Source: Octopus sinensis
Taxonomy: Eukaryota
DNA length: 64,000 nt
Reading direction: 5' to 3'
NCBI RefSeq assembly: GCF_006345805.1
Contig: NC_043018.1
Location: 3,906,001 to 3,970,000 of the forward strand
Made by a program: the position numbers and the translations under genes. The notes below the pieces were generated by a model. That model was given only the letters and a program-made list of their open reading frames with translations, did no database searches and was not told where the DNA came from. The first letter of the stretch is position 1; each line of letters starts with the position of its first letter. Shown here piece by piece: positions 12,780 to 23,724 of this stretch.

Positions 12780-13044
12780 CTATATATATTATACATATAT
12801 ATATATCTATATATATACATTATATATATATATACATATAATATATATTATATATATATATACATATATATTATCTACATATATATACATCTATATATAT
12901 ACATATATTATATATACATATATATATATATACATAATATATAATATACATATATATATATATACATATATATAATATATATATACATATATATATTATA
13001 TATATATATCCATATATATATATATATATAATATAATTATATAT

Positions 13045-13095
<51 letters not shown>

Positions 13096-13210
13096 CATAT
13101 ATATATATATATATATACATATATAATATATATATTATATATATATATATATATATAATATATATATATATATATACCTATATATATATATATACCTATA
13201 ATATATATAT

Positions 13211-13254
<44 letters not shown>

Positions 13255-13382
13255 CTATATTAATATATATACCTATATATATCATATATAGATATACCCT
13301 ATATATATATCTAACCATATATATTATAAAACTATATATATAACTACATATATCTACTATATATACTATATATATATACAAC

Positions 13383-13415
<33 letters not shown>

Positions 13416-13500
13416 CATACATACATACATATACATACATACATTATAGATATATATATACATACATACACACACACACACATACAGATATATATATATT
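12153..13500. repeat. Compound (TA)n/(TACA)n microsatellite block, about 1.35 kb
   Basis: Almost pure A/T with interspersed C. Similar blocks at 16266-16636 and 17041-17230. Confidence 0.97.
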
Positions 13501-14188
13501 GTCTGTAGTTTCAGCTCAGAGTTGCGGCCATGCTGGTGCACCGCTGTTTTGCTTCACTGTTGTTACTGAGAGCATCCTCCTCCAACATGTGGCACTTGGT
13601 GAAGAATGGAGTTTGATGTAGCTACCCTCATTTGCACCTCTTGCCGTTAGATAGGTTCATCTGGGACTCTCGACAGGAAGCGGTCCCCTACATCTACTTT
13701 GTGCCAGTTCCTCAGACTCTTTGGGAGAATATTAAAAAGCAATGAAACCCAGGCTGTTGCAGTAACTGGTCCTGAAGCGTGATGGCATTGCTGGGATCTT
13801 TGGCATTATGCAGTGTCGTCCCGTTCTGGCATTGGTGTAGCTTACAATGCCAAAATTTGGCACAGTTCCTTCCAGGATCTTCCAGATATATATTACTGCA
13901 TACCTCTCCCGTCTTCTCTCCAGGGAGTAGAGTCTTAGCTGTTTCAGTCTTTCCCAGTAGCTGAGCAGTTGCAAGAGACGATCATCTTTATGAATCTTCT
14001 CTGGATTGCTTCAAGGTCCGCTGTTAATTTCACACTGTTGGGTGATCATAGCTGTGAGCAGTAATCCAGGTGGCTGAGGACGAATGTCCTCTAGAAGACC
14101 ATCATGGCTTCCTTATCTCTGCTTCTGAATGTTCTCAGGATCCATCCAGCCAGTCGTCTGCACTTTGTCGCCATCCTGGTAATGTGCA
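13501..14188 (-). mobile_element. CR1-group LINE 3' fragment, subfamily A
   Basis: LSYWERLKQLRLYSLERRRER and KCRRLAGWILRTF...LDYCSQL peptides followed by a 3'UTR. Confidence 0.88.
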
Positions 14189-14220
14189 CTTACACACACA
14201 CACATATATATATAGATACA

Positions 14221-14252
<32 letters not shown>

Positions 14253-14257
14253 CATAC

Positions 14258-14289
<32 letters not shown>

Positions 14290-14290
14290 A

Positions 14291-16265
14291 TTAAATCCTT
14301 AAATCCTTAAAAATGTTTTAGCCCGAAGGCCGCGGCCATGCTGGGGCACCACCGCTGAATGAGCCACACTAGTTTGTGAATCCACCTCTGATACGTGGCA
14401 CTTGATCAACAAGGGAGTTCGATGCTGCTGCCCGCATCCGCGTCTCCTGTCGTGAGGTAGGTTCATCTGGACTTCCAACAAGAAGAGATCCAGTTTAGTT
14501 TTAAAGAAACCCACATCCACACCATGTAAGTCTCTCAGGCATTTAGGGAGGATGTTGAAAAGCTGTGTCCTCTGAAACCCAAGCTGTTGCAGTATCTGGA
14601 CCTGTATTTTGATGGTGATGTTGGAATCCTTGGCACCACGCAGCGGCGCCCCGTTCTGCGGTTGGAGTAACTTTGAATGCCAAAGTTTGGGATAAGACCC
14701 TCCAGGATTTTCCAGATGTATATTACTGCATATCTCTCCCGCCTCCGCTCCAGGGAGAAGAGGTTTAATACCTTCAGTCTTTCCCAGTAGCTGACATTTT
14801 GCATTGAGACGATTTCTTTGTGTAGCTTCTCTGAGTTGCTTCGTTCTGTTCTGTTTGTTTTATATTGTGTGGTGACCAAAGTTGGGAGCAGTAGTCCAAG
14901 CGGCTGAGGACAAATGTTTTCCATAGGACCATCAGTGTCTCCTTCTCTCTTGTTCTGAAGTTCGGAGAATCCATCCAGCTAGCCGTCTGCATTTTATCAC
15001 CAGATTAGCAATATGCATTTGGAAAGATGCATCATTGCTCATGTCAATGCCCAGGTCACGCACTGATTTTGACTCAGGGATTGCAATTCTTCCTGGGCCA
15101 GTGTATCCAGTCTTCACGTCATTTACCTTTGTGTGCCAGTAGCGCAGGGCCTGGAACTTACCTGCATTAAACTAGCATGTTGTTGTCCTCAGCCCACCTG
15201 TATATTGTGTCCAGCTCATGTTGCAGATGCGCAATATTTTCAGGGTTCTGTATTGCGTGGAGACCTTTGTGTCATCTGCATAGCTAGCAAGGGTGGTCAT
15301 CGTAGCAACTGAAGGCATGTCTGAAAGGGCCACTATGAACATCAGTGGCCCCAAGACAGTGCCCTGTGGACACACCGCTTGTTATTTGCGTTTCCCTGGA
15401 GGTGGCTCCATTGCTCACAACTGCCTGTTTTCTGTCTTTTAGGAAGTTGTGCAGCCACTCTCCAAGTTTCCCGCCTATGCCGAGACCACGCAGTTTATGA
15501 CAGATCATACCATGGTCGACTTTATCAAAGGCTTTTTCAAAGTCAAGATATATTACATCCACATTTGAGCCATTTAGTAGCTGTTTCAACACCCAGTCAT
15601 AGTGCTGCAGGAGCTGTGTTAGGCAGCCTCTACCTGGTCGAAATCCATGCTGGGTGTCAGACAGTAAGTCATTTTCTTCAAGAACATGATTAGTTTCTTA
15701 CGGACTATTCGTTCCATGACTTTGCTGATGTGTGAGGTCAGAGAGATAGGCCTATAATTTTTAGCATCTGCTCTGCTACCTCCCTTATGGATAGGGCATA
15801 TTACCCCCCCTCTTTCAGTTTGACTGGGAGCTTACCACTTGCAAGAAAGCTCTGAAAAAGAAGCTGTAGCGTTTTGCAAGGGCTCGTTTGCACGATTTGA
15901 GAAGGATCGCTGGGAATCCATCAGGTCCAGCAGCTGAGTTTGTGTCAATCTCATCAATGGCTAGTGTGATATCATCTTCTTCGATGTTGATGTACTCAAT
16001 TTTGTCTCTTTGGCCGCTGGTAAAGTGGCAAAGAATTCTTCTGGTTGTTTACTTGCCTGTGTCCTAGAGGTGTAGTGAACACACTTTGGAACTGTTCGTT
16101 CAGTATTTCACTTATCCTCGTGGGATTTCCTGTGAGAGAGCCATCTTTTTGGAAGAGAGGTCCTATTCTCTGGTGCACTGTGGCTGTCTCTTTGGCAAAC
16201 TTAAAGAAAGCTTTAGGGTTTGATTTTTATTTTTCTATTACCCAACTTCTTTATCTGCTCTCTCC
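14291..16265 (-). mobile_element. CR1-group LINE, 5'-truncated, frameshifted RT (subfamily B)
   Basis: YLDFEKAFDKVDH, GVPQGTVLGP and SYADDTK (15271-15282) motifs across several frames. 3' tail (TTAAGGAT)-like repeats. Confidence 0.93.
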
Positions 16266-16310
16266 TATATACATACATATATATACATACATATACATAC
16301 ATACATATAC

Positions 16311-16349
<39 letters not shown>

Positions 16350-16396
16350 CATACATATACATACATACATATACATACATACATATATATACATAC

Positions 16397-16473
<77 letters not shown>

Positions 16474-16635
16474 TATACATACACACATATATATACATAC
16501 ATACATATATATACATACATATAGACGCATATATTTATATATATATACATATATACATACATATATAGACATACATACATACATATATATATATACACAT
16601 ACATACATACATATATATATATACCATACATACAT

Positions 16636-17040
16636 ATAAATCCTTAAATCCTTAAAAATGTTTTAGCCCGAAGGCCGCGGCCATGCTGGGGCACCACCGC
16701 TGAATGAGCTACACTAGTTTGTGAATCCACCTCTGATACGTGGCACTTGATCAACAAGGGAGTTCGATGCTGCTGCCCGCATCCGTGTCTCCTGTCGTGA
16801 GGTAGGTTCATCTGGGACTCCCAACAAGAAGAGATCCAGTTTAGTTTTAAAGAAACCCACATCCACACCATGTAAGTCTCTCAGGCATTTAGGGAGGATG
16901 TTAAAGAGCTGTGGTCCTCTGAAACCCAAGCTGTTGCAGTATCTGGACCTGTATTTTGATGGTCCAGATACTGCAACAGCTTGGGTTTCAGAGGACCACA
17001 GCTCTTTAACATCCTCCCTAAATGCCTGAGAGACTTACAT
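16636..17040 (-). mobile_element. CR1-group LINE 3' end (subfamily B) with fold-back inversion
   Basis: Nearly identical to 14291-14615. 16961-17040 is the exact reverse complement of 16870-16949. Confidence 0.9.
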
Positions 17041-17237
17041 ATATGTACATATATATATACATACATATATACATACATATATATATACATACATATATAC
17101 ATACATATATATACATACATATGTATATACATGCATATATATATATACATAACATACATATATATACATACATAAATATATACATACATACATACACACA
17201 TATATACATACATACATAATACATACATACGTACTAC

Positions 17238-17501
17238 AGTTCTATATTTAATAGATGAGTATTTATGTACATTATTTACATTTGACGAACATATGACGTA
17301 GTGGTTAAGAGTGCGGGCTACAAACCCCAAGACTCCGAGTTCGATTCCAGACAGTAATCTGTATAATAATAATAATAATAATAATAACATCGAAAAAATA
17401 CCTTAGGAATGAGAACCCAGGTTCGAAATTTCCCCAAGACATCCGATGAAGGCTGGAGAGTATATCAGCCGAAACGTTGTGTTAACAACAACAAGATGAG
17501 G

Positions 17502-17507
<6 letters not shown>
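17238..17507 (+). mobile_element. tRNA-headed, hammerhead-containing non-autonomous retroelement (copy 2)
   Basis: Inverted tail copy (17238-17287), A-box-like TGACGTAGTGG, B-box GAGTTCGATTCC (17337-17348), (AAT)n, hammerhead, ends in (TA)n. Confidence 0.75.
17438..17483 (+). ncRNA. Minimal type I hammerhead ribozyme fold (Penelope-type) in a tRNA-headed repeat
   Basis: GACAT-CCGATGA-A-GGCTG-GAGAGTATAT-CAGCC-GAAAC-GTT-GTGTT: stems I and II pair, ACGT stem III, GUU cleavage triplet. Confidence 0.7.
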
Positions 17508-17566
<59 letters not shown>

Positions 17567-17569
<3 letters not shown>

Positions 17570-17772
17570 AGAATTCACAAAAAAAACAAAAACAAAAAAA
17601 GACGAAGACAGGTGGTGTAGACAACAAGCAGATGTATTAGTATAACGCTCGGGAAGTGAAAAAGTCTTTTACGTTTCGAGCCTACGCTCTTCCACAGAAA
17701 GAAACAGGGAAAGAAAATGAAGAATGTGTAGTGGCTAACGATCTATCACGGCGAAGGCCGGACAGAAGGGTC

Positions 17773-17776
<4 letters not shown>
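17567..17776 (-). mobile_element. Penelope-type terminal-repeat (pLTR-like) solo element in (TA)n
   Basis: About 210 bp, flanked on both sides by (TA)n, carries a hammerhead fold. Second copy at 59670-59864. Confidence 0.65.
17665..17702 (-). ncRNA. Minimal type I hammerhead fold with CUGUGGA core variant
   Basis: TCTTT-CTGTGGA-A-GAGC-GTAG-GCTC-GAAAC-GTA-AAAGA: perfect 5-bp stem I and 4-bp stem II, GUA triplet. Confidence 0.6.
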
Positions 17777-17832
<56 letters not shown>

Positions 17833-18073
17833 TTGATTGAGGGGATTACCCTGGGTTTCACGTCCATAAAGCGCTTTGCAGCATATCGTCAGATCTCAGA
17901 TTTTGGGATCTGACAATACGCTGTAAAGGTAAGCGCTTTGTGGACGTAATCCATAAAGCGACCTTATCTAACTTTATCGATATAAACTGCTCTAGAACTT
18001 AGAGTGTGCTTCTTTTTCGGATTTATGTTTTACATACATGCATACATACACATACAGACTTCTATATAGATAC

Positions 18074-18458
18074 ACTAGCAGTATCGCCCGGCGTTGCTCT
18101 GGTTTGTAAGGGAAATAACTATAAAGCATTTTAGAGAGTTATAGCCAAAAAATAGCAAAAAAATGGGAAAAAATGATGGTAAATTTTTTTTTAGTTAAAA
18201 AAAGGTGTAGTTGCGTCCCCTAGACAGTTTGTGGTTTGTGTTTCTGATTCTCGACCCCATGTCGAATTTATCGATTTTTTTCAGAACTGGGGGAACTTTT
18301 CAAAATTTTCGCTGCGTTAGTTTTGAATTATGACATTGGGCTATGTGTGTGTCAAGTTTCATCAGAATCGGTTGAAAGCCGTGGTCAGGGCGAGGGTACA
18401 AGCAAACAGACACACAGAAACACACACAGACAAACTACCGTTTATATAGAGAGAGATA
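18074..18458 (+). mobile_element. Non-autonomous Helitron-like element (Lep1/DINE-1-type architecture)
   Basis: Starts ACTAGCAGTATCGCCCGGCG, has caagtttcatcagaatcgg and (CAGA)n-like 3' region ending tttatatagagagagat. Confidence 0.55.
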
Positions 18459-18495
18459 TACATATATATACACAATGTGTATGTGTGTGTGTGTG

Positions 18496-19345
18496 TATGT
18501 GGTATCAAAAAGTTCCCGGATTAATTATGTTTAAAGAAAACTCCTTTACCTAAGTTTTGTCATCCTCTCCTTCGCAATAGACACTTTGCACAGCACTACA
18601 CCTGTCCCAGCGTTCCTGTCACTTTTGGAAACCGGCTTGGAAGTCGTTTTCTGTAAGCGTGTCGAGGACCTTCCGCGATTCGATCTCGATCTCAACAACA
18701 GTGTTAAAACGTCGACCTTTGACCTGCATTTTCATCACCGAAGCGACACAATGTTGTTTTTGGCGAGAAACGCACGAGTGAAGGGAGTTCGGTGACAAGG
18801 TGTCATCGTGAAGAATCTAATTCTTGGCGCTCCACAAACCCGGCCGCTTTCGCCGAATGTTCTTTCTCAAACACTTCAAACGGTCGCAGTAGAACTCTCG
18901 ATTAACAGTCTGGCCCTGGGGGATGAATTCTCGATGCGCAATACCGTGGATGTCAGATAAAAAAAAAAAAAAAAAAACGATGAGCGTTGTCTTGATTGGG
19001 CCGTGACTCTGTGTCACTCGAAACATTGCATTCGACCCATTGCCCTGTCGCCACAAGCTTGCCAAAGCATGCTCAATGTCTTTGTAGCAGACTTTCCAAG
19101 TTTAAGCGCAAAATTTCACGTTGACTCTTTGTTCCCACTTCCTGTTCTTGACAAAATCGCAGACTACGGCAGAGAAGCGATCGCAAAAACAAAATTCACA
19201 ACTTGCAAAGTAAACACAATGATGTCACTTGGCACACTGCCTCGTGAAGGTCACTGCCAGCTCTCAGGGGCGCACGCAACCGTGTGCTGCCTTCTTTTGG
19301 CGCGCTACAGAGCTAGTTCGGAAACTTTCTGGCCCAACTCGCATA
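18496..19345 (-). mobile_element. Internally deleted mariner transposon
   Basis: Degenerate TIRs (TATGTGGTATCAAAAAGTTCCCGGA vs the right end). Peptide DIHGIAHREFIPQGQTVNREFYCDRLKCLRKNIRRKRPGLW. Confidence 0.88.
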
Positions 19346-19350
19346 TATAT

Positions 19351-19450
<100 letters not shown>

Positions 19451-19529
19451 AATATTTACGTAGGTGAATGAATTATCCTATGTTTATTGTCAGCATGGAA
19501 AATTCGTTTAACCGAAACCTGGGTAGCAA

Positions 19530-19705
19530 ATTCACGTCAGAAAACACGGTTGAAGCGACCTGTCAAGAAGGCAAGGGTGCAGCCCTCCGCTGGCAAGGTC
19601 ATACTCACAGTCTTCTGGGACCAGGACGGAGTAGTGATGACAGATTTCCTGGCAAAGGGTACCACAATTACAGGAGCCTATTATGCTTCACTTTTGAGGA
19701 AATTA
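19530..19705 (+). mobile_element. Mariner transposase fragment
   Basis: KKARVQPSAGKVILTVFWDQDGVVMTDFLAKGTTITGAYYASLLRKL. Confidence 0.88.
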
Positions 19706-19930
19706 TGTGTAGAAATTGTGTGTTGTATATGAATAAATGAAAGAATGGAGTCGAACGAAGATGTTAACAAAATTCCTTTACTCTCGACACATGTTTCGAT
19801 GACAGCATGTTTTCATTCCAAAGGAATAAAGGGTGCATTATGCAATCTTCTCATCAGGAAAGAAAGGGAGCCTCTCTCGACAACAAGACAAACAAAAATG
19901 TCGATGATAGCCTACATGGTAAACAAAGCG

Positions 19931-19980
<50 letters not shown>

Positions 19981-20080
19981 CGTATGTATGTATGTATGTA
20001 TGTGTATGTGTGAAACCTAACTGTGTTCATCTGTATCACTCTCTAAACATGCATACCTACGTTCGTACGTTAGCACGTAT

Positions 20081-20166
<86 letters not shown>

Positions 20167-20258
20167 CCATGGATAACGCTGCGTTTCGGTATCCGACAGA
20201 GGGCAACACTGGACAGATAAGACATTTTTACAAACTTTTACTATAATGGAGAATTTTC

Positions 20259-20272
20259 GTCGCCATGGTAAC
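20259..20272. promoter_or_regulatory. RFX X-box
   Basis: GTCGCCATGGTAAC, a 14-bp imperfect palindrome fitting the GTNRCCATGGYAAC consensus. Confidence 0.55.
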
Positions 20273-21030
20273 TGCTGTGAATTTGCCTTTAGATGTTGGA
20301 ATACGTTACAAACATATTTTAACTAACCTAAAGTCCTCATATATATATATATATATATCACCAATTGAAGTAATTGTTTCTAAAATTGGAACAAGACCAG
20401 AAATTGGTGGAGGCAGGGCCTAGTCGACAATATCATCTTCAGTACTTGACTGGTCCTTTATTTCATCGAACGCGGAAGGGTAAAAGGTAACTCTAAGCTC
20501 GGCTGGATTTGAACTCAGAACTTAAACACCGGAACATATACAACAAGGAATTTTTTGGGGGGACTCTATAAAGATTCTGCAAATTCACTGCTTCCTCCAA
20601 ACACACACACACACACAATCTCAAACATATATTCATACACATTGACAAACCCTCACACACACACACGTGTATTCGAGGTCGCTCACACAATGAATAGAAT
20701 TTGTCAATTGCGGCGTAATCATCGGGAGTTACCTCCCTTCACCGTCCCTAACAACGTGCGAAGCGAAACCAAGAAAATGACATTGAAGTCCCGTAGAGGA
20801 GATCGCATCCACCGCCCGGTCGCTTTCATCGCTCGTTCCAAGCTGCCAAAAAGCTCCGTGGTTTATTATCCATGACGGTCCTAACTTCACAACCAGACTA
20901 AACATATGGATGTGACTCCACAGACATATTTATTCACCGCGCACCTTGTATTAGTATTGTTATTATTATTGCGGCAAGAAGTTCTCTTCTGGTAACCGAG
21001 TCATCACACTTCACATTGTTTCCGGACGAA

Positions 21031-21053
21031 ATGGCATTTCAGCTTCCACTGAG
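21031..21053 (+). CDS. TRMT2B: TRMT2B-like exon 1: MAFQLPL(R)
   Basis: ATG in gaaATGgc context inside a CpG-rich patch, donor AG|GTATTG. Phase 2 joins exon 2 to give an Arg/Leu/Ser-rich, acid-free presequence-like N-terminus. Confidence 0.7.
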
Positions 21054-22135
21054 GTATTGTAACACACTATTATGATATCACATGCCTTATATATATATAT
21101 ATATATATATATGCACATATAAACAAAAGACGATCACCGGTACAAAACCGAACGTGCCACCCCAACCATACTACAGTCACATAATTACAGATGAATAATT
21201 ATTTTCATTTAAGTGTTATCTTAGATTAATTAAAATGAGTTAATTACCGTTTTATGTTACATTTTATAGACGTAAAACACCGCACTTTGGTAATTTTGTA
21301 AACATTCTAGGATTCCACGTGTTTGTGTAAAATAATACTTTATAAATCATCGAGGAAGTTGGCGATGTCTTACGACGCACTGACTTTGTTATTTCGTCGT
21401 AAATTGTTTTTATAGGTAAAAAAAAACAACATTATATTTTAGAATTTGATGATGCAAGCGCAGGCGTGGGTGTGTAGTAAGTGGTTTACCTCTTAACCAT
21501 GTTGTTCTCCGTTCCGTCCAACTTCGTTCCACCTTGGGCAAGTGTCTTCTAATGTAGCCTTGCGCCGACCAAAGACTTGTGAATAGATTTGGTAGACGGA
21601 AACTGAAAGAAAATTCGTCTTATGTGTTTGTGTGGTGATGCAAACAGGAAAAATAGAACTCAAAATACGCGGATGTGGATATTTGTGTAAAAAATGTGTT
21701 TCGATGCTGGGACACCTGGCGGTGTTGATTTTGTTATGTCTCCGTAACTTAGCGGTTCGGAAAATAAGAACGATGGAATAAGTACCAGGCTTTAAAAAAA
21801 AGGTGCGTTCGTACCACTAAAAAGTCTTTAACGTGGTGCCCCAGTATGGCCGCAGTCTAATGACTGAAACACGTAAAACGATAAAAGGTATTTCCGAGGA
21901 TTCCAGGTTGTACTGAAGGTTGTTGTTTACTTAAACTCGATTTCACATGCGCGCGCACACACACGCGCCTTTTTTTGGTTTCAAGCATCGGACTGTGGCC
22001 ACGCTGGAGCCGCTTTATAAGCGTTTTTGTTCCATCATATCGATCGTTTGAACTTATTTCAGTCTCGCAGTTGCTTTTTATTGACTGTTAACTATCGAAC
22101 TGCTAAGTTATGCTCTGGCATAATCTATGACACCG

Positions 22136-22549
22136 GTGGATCTTTTCGGTTTGATCGGCAGTTTTTTCAAGCGGTGTCATATGAAATTGTCACCCATAAT
22201 TATGACCCTAGTATCGATCTATTGCATTTCAATCTGTTTTAGGGTTAGGTTTAGGGGTGGGGGGAAGGGTATCTTTTTTTCTTCACAAATGTAAGTAAAC
22301 CCAATCTGTTTCTTAAACGAGGGACATATTCATATGGCACAGAATGTTTTCACCTCAATAGACGTCATTGATTGGTTGAAATTGAAGGAAAAAAACAACA
22401 AATATCTTACAAACTATAGAATTTTCTCAATAAAGCCAAGAGAAAAACATGTTTTATAAACACATTCTACCAGTATACGAAGTTTAAAAGTGTTTAGGTA
22501 CGTGGAAATTATTTAAAAAAACTGCCGGTCAAACCGAAAAGATCCACGT
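22136..22549. mobile_element. Non-autonomous DNA transposon (MITE) with about 30-bp TIRs
   Basis: GTGGATCTTTTCGGTTTGATCGGCAGTTTTTT ... AAAAAACTGCCGGTCAAACCGAAAAGATCCAC. Confidence 0.8.
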
Positions 22550-22803
22550 TAAACAACAGTCAACGAGGGAGCACCTTACGCCGTCACTCAAAAGTCTGAG
22601 AAATAGCAGACAAATCAACCTCAAATCACACTCTACTACCATTTTAAAGGAAGTCCCTGAAATGCAAGTAAGCGGGATTGACATTACTGGAACGCCTTTC
22701 ATCATATTTCTGCTCAAACATGGCTGAACAACAACACATTTTGTATAGGGTTCAGTCAATGGGCTCTGGCCATACTGGAACACTATTTTTGATTAATCCA
22801 GTC

Positions 22804-23724
22804 CGGTGGTTCCCAACCAGGATCCATATAAGATTGGAGCGGGGAGCCCAAGCAAAATTGTAAATTGGGGTCTTACTGTAGTATTTTAAGGGTCCAAGAA
22901 AACAAAAAATGTTACTTTCAATGTATTTATTGCAAACAGCAGCTAAATTTCTTTCTCTAACACAGTAGTTCTCGACAATATGGCCCCTAAAGGTCCATAT
23001 AAGATTTTTTGGGGTCCACCTGACAAAATAACAAACTTGGGATCCACAATAGTTTTTTAAGGTCGTCTGAAAAAATATCTTTGCTTTCGATGTATGTCTT
23101 CGTATGTATTGCAAAAGACATCTTGGTTTCTTTCTCGAATGTTTTACAGAGTTCAACCAACACAAGTTTCATCATCATCATCGTTTAACGTCTGCTTTCC
23201 ATGCTGGCATGGATTGGACGGTTTGACTGAGGACTGGCAATACAGAGAGGCTGCACCAGGCTCCAACTGATCTGGCAAGGTTTCTGCAGCTGGATGTCCT
23301 TCCTAATGCCAACCACTCCGAGAGTGTAGTGGGTGCTTTTACGTGCCACTGGCACAGGAGCCAGCTTATGTGTGAAAAACAAAATAGGAATTTTGAAATA
23401 AATTTCTTTCAGACTTGTTCTTAAACATTGAATGTCTATGGGGGTCCACCAGAATGAAATAGTAATCAAAAGAGTCCATAGGGGGGAAAAATGGTCGAGA
23501 ACCCCTGCTCTAACATTTCACGTAGTTCAACAAATTTCTTGTCACTGAAACATGTTCTCACACAGAGTCCTATTGCAAACAAGGGAACAGGTGAAAACCA
23601 AAATAGGAATTTTGAAGGAAGTATCTATAAAACTTGTTCTTAAACATCGACCGGCTTTGAGGGTCCACCAGAATAAAACAGCAATCAAAGGGGTCCATAG
23701 GGAAAAAATGGTTGGGAATCACTG
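22804..23724. mobile_element. hAT (Charlie-like) non-autonomous element, outer copy
   Basis: CGGTGGTTCCCAACC ... GGTTGGGAATCACTG termini, degenerate 8-bp TSD (atccagtc/atcaaatc). Confidence 0.7.
22963..23507. mobile_element. hAT (Charlie-like) element nested in the former, itself carrying an RTE-tail insertion
   Basis: CAGTAGTTCTCGAC ... GTCGAGAACCCCTG with perfect 8-bp TSD CTCTAACA (22955-22962, 23508-23515). (CAT)n-tailed insert at about 23170-23367. Confidence 0.88.

Noticed and set aside
12003-13541. Long Y/I/H/T-rich ORFs (also 16045-17390, 34620-34986, 55263-55841, 59318-59743, 61603-61944)
   Set aside because: Translations of (TA)n, (TACA)n, (CA)n, (ATGC)n and (TAA)n microsatellites.
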